Part shown: piece after piece, positions 1 to 9,185 of the stretch
Layout: every line of letters begins with the position of its first letter
Position numbering within the stretch: position 1 is the stretch's first letter
From: Elusimicrobiota bacterium
GTDB taxonomy: Bacteria; Elusimicrobiota; Elusimicrobia; UBA1565; JACRDR01
DNA: 62,505 nucleotides
Assembly (NCBI GenBank): GCA_041694815.1
Contig: JBGFSC010000030.1
Span: 1 to 62,505 of the forward strand
Reading direction: 5' to 3'
The notes under the pieces: generated by a model
The model's database searches: none
What the model was told of the DNA's origin: nothing
The model's input: only the letters and a program-made list of their open reading frames with translations
Translations under genes and position numbers: made by a program

Positions 1-2
1 TC

Positions 3-395
3 GCGCCCGAGGCGAAGGCCCCGCCGCCGGAGCCCACCGCCGCCGAGCCGCGGGAGGCGGGTCCCGTTTCCGGGCCCGGCGCCCAGATCGGCGAAGGGGT
101 AATGGGCGTGCGGCCGCCGGTGCTGCTCAACCACGGCGAGCTGCAAAATCTGTTGCGCCGCTTCTACCCCGAGGCCGAGCGGAACCTGGGGCGCGAGGCC
201 GTGGTGATGCTCGAGCTCCATATCGACGAGTCCGGCCGGATCGCCGAGGTGTCGGTGGTCCGCTCGGGGGGCAAGGCCTTCGACCAGGCGGCCCTGCGCT
301 TGGCCGAGAAGCTCAAGTACTCGCCCGCCGAAAGCGGCGGGCGCCCCGTCGCGGTGCATCTCAAACAGGCCGTGCTTTTCAAGCTCGAGCGCTGA
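3..395 (+). CDS. tonB: Energy transducer TonB, C-terminal part (5' truncated by window edge)
   Basis: Open frame from base 3; Pro-rich linker, then YPEAER...VVMLELHIDESGRIAEVSVVRSGG..FDQAAL...YSPA, typical of TonB_C. Confidence 0.8.
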   Translation, partial: APEAKAPPPEPTAAEPREAGPVSGPGAQIGEGVMGVRPPVLLNHGELQNLLRRFYPEAERNLGREAVVMLELHIDESGRIAEVSVVRSGGKAFDQAALRLAEKLKYSPAESGGRPVAVHLKQAVLFKLER

Positions 396-416
396 GCTAA
401 ATATCGCCGCTTCCTA

Positions 417-444
417 TTGACAAATCAAGGGGCGGGGCTATACT
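417..444 (+). promoter_or_regulatory. Sigma70-type promoter of the 2077-aa gene
   Basis: TTGACA (417-422), 16-nt spacer, TATACT (439-444). Confidence 0.6.
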
Positions 445-480
445 CAAAAGCGCCCCTTTCCCGAGAGGGGCCGTGCCCTC

Positions 481-3400
481 ATGAACCCCTCGTTGCGCCG
501 TCGGATCCCGTTCCTGCTGGCCGCCGCCTGCGCCATAGCCCTCTGGCAGGGCGTGGAGGCCAAGAACCCTGGCAAAAAAAAGTCGCCTTGGCAGATTTAT
601 TTTACGGAACTCAAGAATTCTCCGGAGCTGGGGGTCTTGCAGCAGCTTAACATTAACCATTCCGATTTTATGGTCTCCCACGCCTTCGTGCAGGTGATGA
701 AAAAAACGAAGTTTTCCCCGGAGATCTTAAAGGCCATGCCCACCGAGGATCAGGTCCGGATCCTTAAAGGAGCAATCCGTCAGCATGCGGCCGTAGTTCT
801 GGAGCAATACAAACAAGGCCAATTAAAGGCCGAGTTGTTGGAACTGCAGTACCTCAAAGGCGCGTTAACCGAGCGGCAACAGATCCAGCTCTCCGCGGCG
901 AAGGATGCGGCTTTGGTCAAGATAAAGTTCGTAGACGAGTCCGACGTCATCGCGGCTTTAGACGGCTCTACTCATGAAATATGGCATGCGGACAAGGTCT
1001 CCGGCCCTGGTTTTGTCGGATGGAGCAATCTCGAAAGCGCGAAGTCGAAGCCCTCGGATTCGAAGCCTTCGGAGTCTAAGCCATCGTCCCAAAAGCCCAC
1101 CGCTCCGCCCCCTCCGGATCCGCCGCAGACCGCTATCGAGAAGGCTTTTTCCCGGCCGATGGGCTGGCTGCTGCGGCATCCGGTCCCCGGCTTGGAGTCA
1201 TTGGCCGTCCGTTGGCTCGGCGATTTTTCGAAAAAGAGCCCGACGATACAGAAGGCCGTGTTGGCGGTGTTATCCGCCAAGAATGAAATGCATTTATGGA
1301 TGAAGGCCCTGGAATGGTCCCCTGGATTTTCCGCCATGGCGGCCCAAAAAATTGGGGAACTGACCCGAAAGGGCGGCTTAAGTTCTAAGCATTGGGACAG
1401 GCTTGAGGAATTGATGGCAAGCGGACCGCCGCATGTCCGCGCCAATGCGATGCGCGCCAACCGCAGCCCCATCGGCGACAGCCGGTTCAAGTCTGCGTAT
1501 ATCCAGGCCTTATCCGATACTTCGCCCATCGTTCGACGAGAGGCCGCCCGCCAGCTGATTCATTACCGCGGAAGCTCGTATGCCGACGAGGCTCTCCGCA
1601 AGGCCCTCGAGGATCCCGACGCGATCGTGCGCGCCTACGCCATCTTGGTGAGTCGCAGCCCGGCTCCTTATCCAGAGGCATGGGTGCGCGATCTGCTGGA
1701 GTTTTGGAAGCATGCCGACGATGAATTCCACGGTTATGCGCTTAGATTTTTAGGCTCCGATAAAGAGCTTCCCGCCTTCGCGGTGGAGTTTTTGGCGCAG
1801 CGCTTCAAAGACCAAAAGGCCATTAAGCAGTGGCCCGAACTCCTCAAGGCGCTGGTGAGCCAGCGTTCGTTACCGGAACCTACGGCGCGTGAGATCCTTT
1901 CCTCCCTCCGGGCCCCCCACTTCGTAGACCCCGATATCGCCTTCTTCGTTTTGAGGCATCCGGACGGGCATCCGCACGCCTCGCCTTATCTGCGGCAGTC
2001 CGCGGTGAATTCTTTGGGTGAAAAGAGCCGGCTGTCCAGCGCGCAAATCGATATCCTCGCCGCGCTGCTCGATGATGCAGATCCGGGTGTCAGGCTCGGG
2101 GCGATGCAAGCGCTGATGCGCCGACCCCCCATCGGTCGTTTCGAATCCCATCCCCGTTTCAGCGCGCAGGCTCTCGAGCGGATCAAAAGGATGTTTACGG
2201 AGGGCAGCGGCGAGCTTCAGCTGGGTGCCCTGACGGTATTGAGCGCGCAAGGCCACCCCATCGCTCAGGAGGCGGAGGCCTCGCTGGTCGCGGGGCTGAG
2301 GCATTCCGATCCCTTGATACGGCGCGGCATAGCCCAGGCCTTTCTCAATCTGCCCGTCATCACCGATCCCCTGCTGGGTTATCTCTTCGAAGCGCTGCAG
2401 GACGCGGATGTCCAGGTGCGCGCTTTCGCCATCGCTGCCCTCACCCGTCCGGGGCCTTCCCCGGATAGGCAATGCCTGCTTCTCTCGCAGGTGCTAGACC
2501 ATGCCGACTCCCGGGTGCGCATGGCCGCCTCCAATTACCTGATGCGGCTTCCATCCATGCCCGAGCCCGTGCTCGCGGATCTCAAGTCCCGGCTGTCGCG
2601 GCAGACGGAGGTCGAAAAAAGGAAGCCGCTGCTGATATTGCTCGAGAAATGGCTGTCGGTGGGCGAACTCTTTTCGCTGCTGCGTCCGGAATATGCCTCC
2701 AAGATCGCGGAGTTGATCCCCGGCAATATGCGGACTATGGGGCAATTCAATAACTCACCCTTCGTTGATCTCCAGGTGATCGACGATGCTTTGAATTATC
2801 TGGCCGAGCTCAAGCGCTACCTCGAGCCGCACGAGTTTCAGGAGTTTGTTTCGTCCTTTGAGAATCTGAGCTCGATCCGCTCGAAGGTGCTGATAGCCCC
2901 CGGCCGATCGGTGCAGCTCGCCGACGGATATTACGAGCTTCCCTTCCCCGTGCCCGGCCTGAAGACCTCGCCGACGCCCAAACCGGCCTTGCTCGCGACC
3001 TTGCATCCGGGCAAGGCGGACAAGCATGGGAAAGAGCAGCTGCTCAAAACGGTCGAGGCCTTCGACGCCTTAATTGACAGCAATTTCCAGGCCCTGGGGC
3101 TTCTGGCGCGTAGCGCCGGGGCGTTGGATAAGATCACGGCGAAGGCCCTATTGGAACATGTCTCCCGCATGGTCGAGTCGTACAAGGTTCTAAACAGTCG
3201 CAGCGGCCAGGAAGCCGCGGAAAAATTCGAGCAGATGCGCGAGGAGCTGGGCTCCCTTTGGGCGGAGATTCCCGACCGCGCCGCGCTGCCATCGCCGATC
3301 GCGGCCCGCGTATCGGAACTCGAGCCCGACAAAAAAAGATTTCATGAAATTCGAAACTTACATACCCTCATCAACCTGCTCCACCAGAACAGTTTCAAGT

Positions 3401-6400
3401 CGCTGACCGCGATTGCCCAAGGCGCATCGGCGGACGGATCCCTTAGGGTCGGGCAGCGAAAATTTTCGTTCACCAACTTGAACGCCGATCCCCTCGTGGA
3501 GAAGGCTCGGTTGCTCAACCCCTTGCTCGGCCGGTTGGCGACGAGCGATGTGCCCTCCGGCAATACGATACTCAAGGACGATCAGATTTGGTACCACGCG
3601 CAGCTCGGCTGCCATTCCGTCGAGGTCTACGCGAAATTCGCGGAGCCGGATGACGGAGGGATGTTCCGGGTTCGCTACAGCGAAGGGGGCTCCGACAGCG
3701 GCAATCAACGCCGCCTGATCTACATCTCGGAGCTCCTTCGGCTGTTAGGCGTCCCCTCCGAGATCGAAGGCAAGCAATTCTTGAACTGCCTCTGGGACAA
3801 GGACCACGGTCTGCTCTCCAAGTCCCAAATCGAAGACGTGTTCCTACGGTTCCTCAAGGGCCTGGAGTATACGGGCAATCTGGATTTGACCTTGCAGGGC
3901 ATGAAAGAAAATGTGGCCCAGGAGATCGCCAAGGGGATGGCGGTCACCTTCATCGCGCAGGGGTCCATTCCATTTTACAACGACGGGCTCCAGAACGCCT
4001 ATAAGAAGTACCTGGAAGGGGAGCTAAGCCGCGCTGCCATCCGCGACGCCTTGAACCGCGAATTGTCACGCCTGGGCCTCGAGCCGATTTCAGAGTCCTT
4101 GCCGTTCGGCCAGCAGGTGATCGATAAAGGCTTCACGAAACCAGTCCAGATGGCCCTCGCCCGGGGCCAGTTGCGCTTAGACGCCTCCGGCGTCCCGCAA
4201 CCGAGCGAATACCGTCCCATCGAGGCTATGGCGGAGCAAATCCGCCGGGATCCGGCGGCCGCCATGCGCATGGCCGCGCTTTTGGCCGGCGCGCCGTTCG
4301 GCGGCTGGCATCGCGAGTCCATCGGCGGTATCGGAAGGCTCAAGGCGGAGCGGCTTCAATGGTTTTCGGAAGGCAAGGACGGGATCGTCGTCTACCTGCT
4401 GCGCGACCCTGCCACGCGCGCCCCCTCCTATGCGACGGCGCAGCGATGGGATGGCGCGCGTTCTCAGCCGCTGGATGAATCCTCCTTGGTCGAGGAATTA
4501 AGGCGTCGGGGCCTCGAGACCGAGGCAGGCGCGGCGCCAAGCCGCCTACAGCAGCAAAAATGGCAGCGCCTGCTCGCTGCCGAGCCCCCCGCTCCGGAGC
4601 CGGGCCTTCTCGCCCAGGGGTTGGCCGCTTCCGCCGGAGAAGGCAGTTTCGTCACGGCGCGCGCCGTTTTTCGAAAAGACCGGGACTTCGAGGCGGGCGG
4701 CATCCTCATCGCGCCGTTCACCACGCCGGATGATCTTGAGTTCATGCGCCAGTCCGTCGCGGTGCTGACGACGGGTGGAGGGCTGCTCAGCCATGCCGCG
4801 ATCACCACCCGAGAGCTGGGAATCCCGGCGACGATACTGCAGCAGGCGCGTTGGGGCAGCGAGGACGGGCGGCCGGTGCTGGAGATCGAGATCGAACGGC
4901 CGTCGGAGGCCTCGCGCTCGCCCGACGGGTTATGGCTGACGCGCAAGCTCGAAAAAAAGCGGCTGCGGGTTCGGGAAGGCGAACTCCTGCGCTTGGACGG
5001 CAGGCGCGGGATCGTCGAGCTGTTTCATCCCGAAGGCGAAGGGGCACCGGGATTTTCGAAAGCCTTGGGCAGCTTGCACGGCGTCCTCCGCGAGTTCGGC
5101 GCGGGCAGGGGGGATGCCGCGGCCCTTGTCGCCCTCCTGGGCCGCCTGCGGGGCCCTCCTCAGTTGGCGGCCGCCCGTTTCGTTTTAGAGGAGGCTTTAG
5201 GAAGTCGTTCGTTGCAACCGCGACGCGACGAGATACTCCAAGCCGTTCTGGGCGTGAGCCCGGCCTTGCGCGCGCAGCTCGCCTCCGACGCCTCGGCGAT
5301 GCTTGGCAACCGGCTGCGGCAGATCGATTTCGAGATGGGCTCGGACAGGGAACTCTCGGAGCAGGAATTGGCCAAGCTCAAGGAACAGCATCGGGAGCTC
5401 TCCGCCTTGGCGGCGGCGTTGCAGCTGGACCTTGCGCCTCTAGAGGGGTTTAAGGCGCGCCTGGAGCGCTCGCGGACCCTCTCGGAAATCGTAAAGAGAA
5501 ATTCCAGGCTGACCATGGCGCCGACCATACGCGTTTGGGCCCAGCAGGTCGAAAGCCTCCAGGCGACGGACTTGCCGAGGCTGCGCGCGCTGCTGCGCAA
5601 CGCCGTCGACCCCGAATTGGCGCAGGAAGCCGCCGCCATACGCCGTAAGGCCGAGGAATTAGCCCGGATAAAGAAGGAGCGCATCCTCAAGGACCAGCCC
5701 GCCGTCATCGCCTTGGACAAGCTCGACGACGACTTCACCGAGCTGGTAGGAGGCAAGTCGGCGAAACTCGGCGAGATCATGCAGGTGGTGCTACGGGAAG
5801 GAGGCTACGTCCCCGAGGGGGTGGCCTTGACGACGAACGCGTACCTGCGTTTCCTGCGCGAGCAGGGCATCGAGAAGGCGGTGCTCGAAGAGGCGCGGGA
5901 GCTCGACGATTTCCTCTCCGTGGAGGGAAGGTCCGAGAGCGAGCGGGCTGCCTTCGTCCGCGAGAAATCGGCGCGCATCCAGAACCTCATCCGCTCCGCA
6001 GGGCTAGAGGCGGCCGGCGGGCTCGGCAAGGAGATATTGGACAGCCTAAGGGACCGGCAGTTATTTGGGGTGCTGTTCGCCGTGCGTTCCTCGGCCGTTC
6101 AGGAGGATCGCCAGGAGGCGGCTTTCGCCGGCGCGGCGGAGACCTACCTGTACGTGGATTTCGAAGGCGTACTGGAGAAGGTCGTCGAGAATTGGGCCTC
6201 GTTCTGGCTGCCCCGCGGGATCCTCTACCGCTGGCAGCAGGGCATCCGTTCGGCGGACTTAAGGCCTGCCGTGACCATCCAGAAGATGGCTGACGTGGAC
6301 GCCGCCGGGGTGATGTTCACCGTCAACCCGGTCGACGGCAGGGACGACATCGTCATCAACGCGGCGTTCGGGCTGGGCGAAGGTATCGTCTCGGGCGTGG

Positions 6401-6714
6401 TCCAGGCGGATCAATATCTCGCCGACCGCGACGGCGAGGAGATCGAGCCGCCGGTGCTCGGCAATAAAAGCGTCAAGGTCGTGCGCAAGAACCCCGGTCC
6501 CGGCACCGAGATCGTCTCGATCCCTTCGAAGCAGCGTTTGCGCCGCACGCTTAGGCCCGAGCATATCCGCCGCCTCGCCTTGCTCGGCGCGGCCCTCGAG
6601 GAGCATTTCGGCTATCCGCTGGATATCGAGTTCGGCATCGAAGGCGACCGCGTCGTGATTTTGCAGGCCCGCCCGGTCACCGTTTCAGGAGTGCGAGGCT
6701 CCCCCGCCGGCTAA
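481..6714 (+). CDS. Giant protein: signal peptide, HEAT repeats, PEP-utilising phosphohistidine domain and PPDK/PEP-synthase ATP-grasp domain
   Basis: Hydrophobic N-terminus ending VEA; repeated D.D..VR..A motifs; TTGGGLLSHAAITTRELGIP; VGGKSAKLGE, FAVRSSAVQED..AAFAG, PLDIEFG, ILQARPVT. Confidence 0.85.
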   Translation: MNPSLRRRIPFLLAAACAIALWQGVEAKNPGKKKSPWQIYFTELKNSPELGVLQQLNINHSDFMVSHAFVQVMKKTKFSPEILKAMPTEDQVRILKGAIRQHAAVVLEQYKQGQLKAELLELQYLKGALTERQQIQLSAAKDAALVKIKFVDESDVIAALDGSTHEIWHADKVSGPGFVGWSNLESAKSKPSDSKPSESKPSSQKPTAPPPPDPPQTAIEKAFSRPMGWLLRHPVPGLESLAVRWLGDFSKKSPTIQKAVLAVLSAKNEMHLWMKALEWSPGFSAMAAQKIGELTRKGGLSSKHWDRLEELMASGPPHVRANAMRANRSPIGDSRFKSAYIQALSDTSPIVRREAARQLIHYRGSSYADEALRKALEDPDAIVRAYAILVSRSPAPYPEAWVRDLLEFWKHADDEFHGYALRFLGSDKELPAFAVEFLAQRFKDQKAIKQWPELLKALVSQRSLPEPTAREILSSLRAPHFVDPDIAFFVLRHPDGHPHASPYLRQSAVNSLGEKSRLSSAQIDILAALLDDADPGVRLGAMQALMRRPPIGRFESHPRFSAQALERIKRMFTEGSGELQLGALTVLSAQGHPIAQEAEASLVAGLRHSDPLIRRGIAQAFLNLPVITDPLLGYLFEALQDADVQVRAFAIAALTRPGPSPDRQCLLLSQVLDHADSRVRMAASNYLMRLPSMPEPVLADLKSRLSRQTEVEKRKPLLILLEKWLSVGELFSLLRPEYASKIAELIPGNMRTMGQFNNSPFVDLQVIDDALNYLAELKRYLEPHEFQEFVSSFENLSSIRSKVLIAPGRSVQLADGYYELPFPVPGLKTSPTPKPALLATLHPGKADKHGKEQLLKTVEAFDALIDSNFQALGLLARSAGALDKITAKALLEHVSRMVESYKVLNSRSGQEAAEKFEQMREELGSLWAEIPDRAALPSPIAARVSELEPDKKRFHEIRNLHTLINLLHQNSFKSLTAIAQGASADGSLRVGQRKFSFTNLNADPLVEKARLLNPLLGRLATSDVPSGNTILKDDQIWYHAQLGCHSVEVYAKFAEPDDGGMFRVRYSEGGSDSGNQRRLIYISELLRLLGVPSEIEGKQFLNCLWDKDHGLLSKSQIEDVFLRFLKGLEYTGNLDLTLQGMKENVAQEIAKGMAVTFIAQGSIPFYNDGLQNAYKKYLEGELSRAAIRDALNRELSRLGLEPISESLPFGQQVIDKGFTKPVQMALARGQLRLDASGVPQPSEYRPIEAMAEQIRRDPAAAMRMAALLAGAPFGGWHRESIGGIGRLKAERLQWFSEGKDGIVVYLLRDPATRAPSYATAQRWDGARSQPLDESSLVEELRRRGLETEAGAAPSRLQQQKWQRLLAAEPPAPEPGLLAQGLAASAGEGSFVTARAVFRKDRDFEAGGILIAPFTTPDDLEFMRQSVAVLTTGGGLLSHAAITTRELGIPATILQQARWGSEDGRPVLEIEIERPSEASRSPDGLWLTRKLEKKRLRVREGELLRLDGRRGIVELFHPEGEGAPGFSKALGSLHGVLREFGAGRGDAAALVALLGRLRGPPQLAAARFVLEEALGSRSLQPRRDEILQAVLGVSPALRAQLASDASAMLGNRLRQIDFEMGSDRELSEQELAKLKEQHRELSALAAALQLDLAPLEGFKARLERSRTLSEIVKRNSRLTMAPTIRVWAQQVESLQATDLPRLRALLRNAVDPELAQEAAAIRRKAEELARIKKERILKDQPAVIALDKLDDDFTELVGGKSAKLGEIMQVVLREGGYVPEGVALTTNAYLRFLREQGIEKAVLEEARELDDFLSVEGRSESERAAFVREKSARIQNLIRSAGLEAAGGLGKEILDSLRDRQLFGVLFAVRSSAVQEDRQEAAFAGAAETYLYVDFEGVLEKVVENWASFWLPRGILYRWQQGIRSADLRPAVTIQKMADVDAAGVMFTVNPVDGRDDIVINAAFGLGEGIVSGVVQADQYLADRDGEEIEPPVLGNKSVKVVRKNPGPGTEIVSIPSKQRLRRTLRPEHIRRLALLGAALEEHFGYPLDIEFGIEGDRVVILQARPVTVSGVRGSPAG

Positions 6715-6753
6715 GACATACCGTCCCCGCTTTGATATCATGCCGTAGCCCGC

Positions 6754-7824
6754 ATGGAAATCGGCATCGTCGGCCTTCCGAACGTCGGCAAGTCCACCCT
6801 GTTCAACGCCCTCACCTCCGGGCACGCGGCCAGCTCCAATTACCCCTTTACGACGATCGAACCCAACGTCGGCGTGGTCCTGGTGCCGGACGCGCGCCTG
6901 GAGCGCTTAAGCGAGCTCTTCAAGCCTAAGAAGACCACGCCGGCCTTCATCCGCTTCGTCGACATCGCCGGGCTCGTCAAGGGCGCGGCACAGGGCGAGG
7001 GGCTCGGCAATAAATTCCTTTCGCATATCCGGGAAGTGGACGCCATCATCCATCTCGTGCGCCTTTTCAAGGATCCCGATGTCGTGCACACGATGGGATC
7101 GGTGGACCCGCGGCGCGACATCGAGATCATCGAGACGGAGTTGATCTTGGCCGACCTGGCCTCCATCGAGAAGCAGGCCGAGAAGGTCTCGGGCAAGGCC
7201 CGCACCGGCGACAAGAACGCGATCGTCGCGATGGCGATGATCGACAAGCTAAAGGCGGCCCTCGGCGCGGGAAAGACGGCGAGAAGCCTCGGCCTTCCCG
7301 AAAAGGAGCTCAAGGATTACTTCCTGCTCACCGCCAAGCCGGTGCTCTACGTCGGCAACACCGACGAACGTCCGGACCCGGAACATCTGAAAGCCTTCGA
7401 GGCGGTGGCCAAGGAGCGCGGCTCCGAGTGCATCACGCTCTGCGGCAAGCTGGAGGCGGAAATCGTGCAGCTGCCGCCGGAGGAGCGCGCCCCCTTCCTC
7501 GAGGACCTGGGGATCCAACAGACGGGCTTAGGTAGCGTCATCCTCGCCGCCTACAAACTGCTGCGGCAGCAGAGCTACTTCACCGTGGGCGCCGACGAGG
7601 TGCGCGCCTGGACCATCACGCAGGGCATGAGGGCGCCGCAGGCCGCGGGCGTCATCCACAGCGATTTCGAGAAGGGCTTCATCAAGGCCGACGTCTATAG
7701 CTACGCCGATATCGACCGATACGGCTCCGAGCCCGCGCTTCGCGAGAAGGGCCTGATCCGTTCGGAGGGCAAGGAATATATCGTCAAGGATGGGGATGTC
7801 TGTTTCTTTAAGTTCAACGCCTGA
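6754..7824 (+). CDS. ychF: Ribosome-binding ATPase YchF
   Basis: GIVGLPNVGKST, NYPFTTIEPN, DIAGLVKGA..GEGLGNKFL, C-terminal GKEYIVKDGD. Confidence 0.97.
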   Translation: MEIGIVGLPNVGKSTLFNALTSGHAASSNYPFTTIEPNVGVVLVPDARLERLSELFKPKKTTPAFIRFVDIAGLVKGAAQGEGLGNKFLSHIREVDAIIHLVRLFKDPDVVHTMGSVDPRRDIEIIETELILADLASIEKQAEKVSGKARTGDKNAIVAMAMIDKLKAALGAGKTARSLGLPEKELKDYFLLTAKPVLYVGNTDERPDPEHLKAFEAVAKERGSECITLCGKLEAEIVQLPPEERAPFLEDLGIQQTGLGSVILAAYKLLRQQSYFTVGADEVRAWTITQGMRAPQAAGVIHSDFEKGFIKADVYSYADIDRYGSEPALREKGLIRSEGKEYIVKDGDVCFFKFNA

Positions 7825-8998
7825 GCCCGCGGCGATTTCGCCGCGCTGCCAGCATTTTGGGGAGTGCGGGGGCTGCCAGCTGCAAGACCGGCCCTACGAG
7901 GCCCAGCTGGCGCTCAAGACGGAGAAGGTGCGCGCCCTCTTGGAGCCTCTCGGCTGGAATCGGCCCCTGCGCGCGCACGCCTCGCCGCAGCTTTGGTATT
8001 ACCGCAACAAGATGGAATTCTCCTTCCAGGACGTCTTTCCCGCTCCGCCGCTCGGCGAGGACTACCTCCTGTTGGGGCTCAAGCGGCGCAAGCGCTGGGA
8101 CAAGGTGATGAACTTAAGCGAGTGCCACCTGCTCTCGCCGCAGGCGCCGGCCCTGCTCGAGGCGGTGCACGCCTGGGCCTTTCGGGAGAATCTCGAGCCT
8201 TACAACCTGCACCGCCACCGCGGCTTCCTACGCCATCTGGTTCTGCGCGAGGCCAAGAACACGCCCGATAAGATGGTCCTGCTCCTGAGCTCGGAAGGGA
8301 AGTTGCCCGAGGGCAGCTTCCTCGAGGCGGTATTGTCCCGTTATCCCGCGAGCTCCGTGCTGTGGGGGATGCATGCCGGCGCGGCCGACGTGGCCAGGTC
8401 GGACGGCGTGAAGGTCCTCAGCGGGCAAGACCATATCACCGAGGAGATCCTGGGCCGCCGTTTCCGCATATCGCCGTACTCGTTCTTTCAGACCAACAGC
8501 AACGGCGCCGCGGCGCTCTACTCGATCCTGCGGGAGTGGCTCGCTTCCATAGGACCCAAGAACGTGCTCGACCTCTATTGCGGCAGCGGCGCCATCGGGC
8601 TCTGCGTCGCCGATCTATGCGAACGGGTGATGGGAGTGGAATCGGTCCCCTCCGCCGTGGAAGACGCCCGATTTAACGCCTCATCCAATGGCATCGGCAA
8701 CGTCGAATTCCTGCTGGCCAAGGCGGAGGATCTGCTGCCGGGCCTGGCCGCGCAAAAAGCGGAAATCGACGCGGTCATCGTCGACCCGCCGAGATGCGGT
8801 CTGCACCCGGACGCCACGGCGGCGCTCAAGGAATTGGGCGCTCCCTGGATACTCTATGTCTCTTGCAACCCCAAGGCCTTGGCGGAGGATATCCGCCGCC
8901 TGGGAGGCTTCTATCGGCTCGAGCGGGTGGAGATCGTCGATCTTTTTCCGCATACGGAACATGTGGAAACCGTTGCATTATTGCGCAGTCAAACTTAA
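7790..8998 (+). CDS. rlmD: 23S rRNA m5U methyltransferase, RlmD/TrmA family (no TRAM domain)
   Basis: Fe-S motif CQHFGECGGC, YRNKMEF, FFQTN, DLYCGSG, DPPR, YVSCNP, DLFPHTEHVE; start uncertain. Confidence 0.88.
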   Translation: MGMSVSLSSTPEPAAISPRCQHFGECGGCQLQDRPYEAQLALKTEKVRALLEPLGWNRPLRAHASPQLWYYRNKMEFSFQDVFPAPPLGEDYLLLGLKRRKRWDKVMNLSECHLLSPQAPALLEAVHAWAFRENLEPYNLHRHRGFLRHLVLREAKNTPDKMVLLLSSEGKLPEGSFLEAVLSRYPASSVLWGMHAGAADVARSDGVKVLSGQDHITEEILGRRFRISPYSFFQTNSNGAAALYSILREWLASIGPKNVLDLYCGSGAIGLCVADLCERVMGVESVPSAVEDARFNASSNGIGNVEFLLAKAEDLLPGLAAQKAEIDAVIVDPPRCGLHPDATAALKELGAPWILYVSCNPKALAEDIRRLGGFYRLERVEIVDLFPHTEHVETVALLRSQT

Positions 8999-9018
8999 TT
9001 ACGTGTGTTAAATCCCGA

Positions 9019-9074
9019 ACTCGGCGCGCTTTGCGCGCCGAGTCACGCGCCCAAGGCGCGTAAAAGTTGTCGTT
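9019..9074. repeat. Palindromic repeat family A, half copy
   Basis: Hairpin actcggcgcgc-ttt-gcgcgccgagt followed by cacgcgcccaaggcgcgtaaaagttgtcgtt, matching the termini at 15033-15171, 48014-48229 and 62250. Confidence 0.85.
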
Positions 9075-9102
9075 CGTTCAGCGATGGGGAAAAGTAGCAG
9101 CG

Positions 9103-9142
9103 AGAAAGTCAAGAAAGTGTAGAAAGTGGATGCCTGGCACCG
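9103..9142. repeat. Three AGAAAGT units at 9-bp period, merging into a degenerate half copy of palindrome family B
   Basis: agaaagt at 9103, 9112 and 9121; gaaagtggatgcctggcaccg resembles gaaagtcaatccctggcacc near 62333-62352. Confidence 0.55.
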
Positions 9143-9185
9143 TTATGTCGTTCCAATTTTGTAAAATGTCCGTTCTTCCTTGCTT

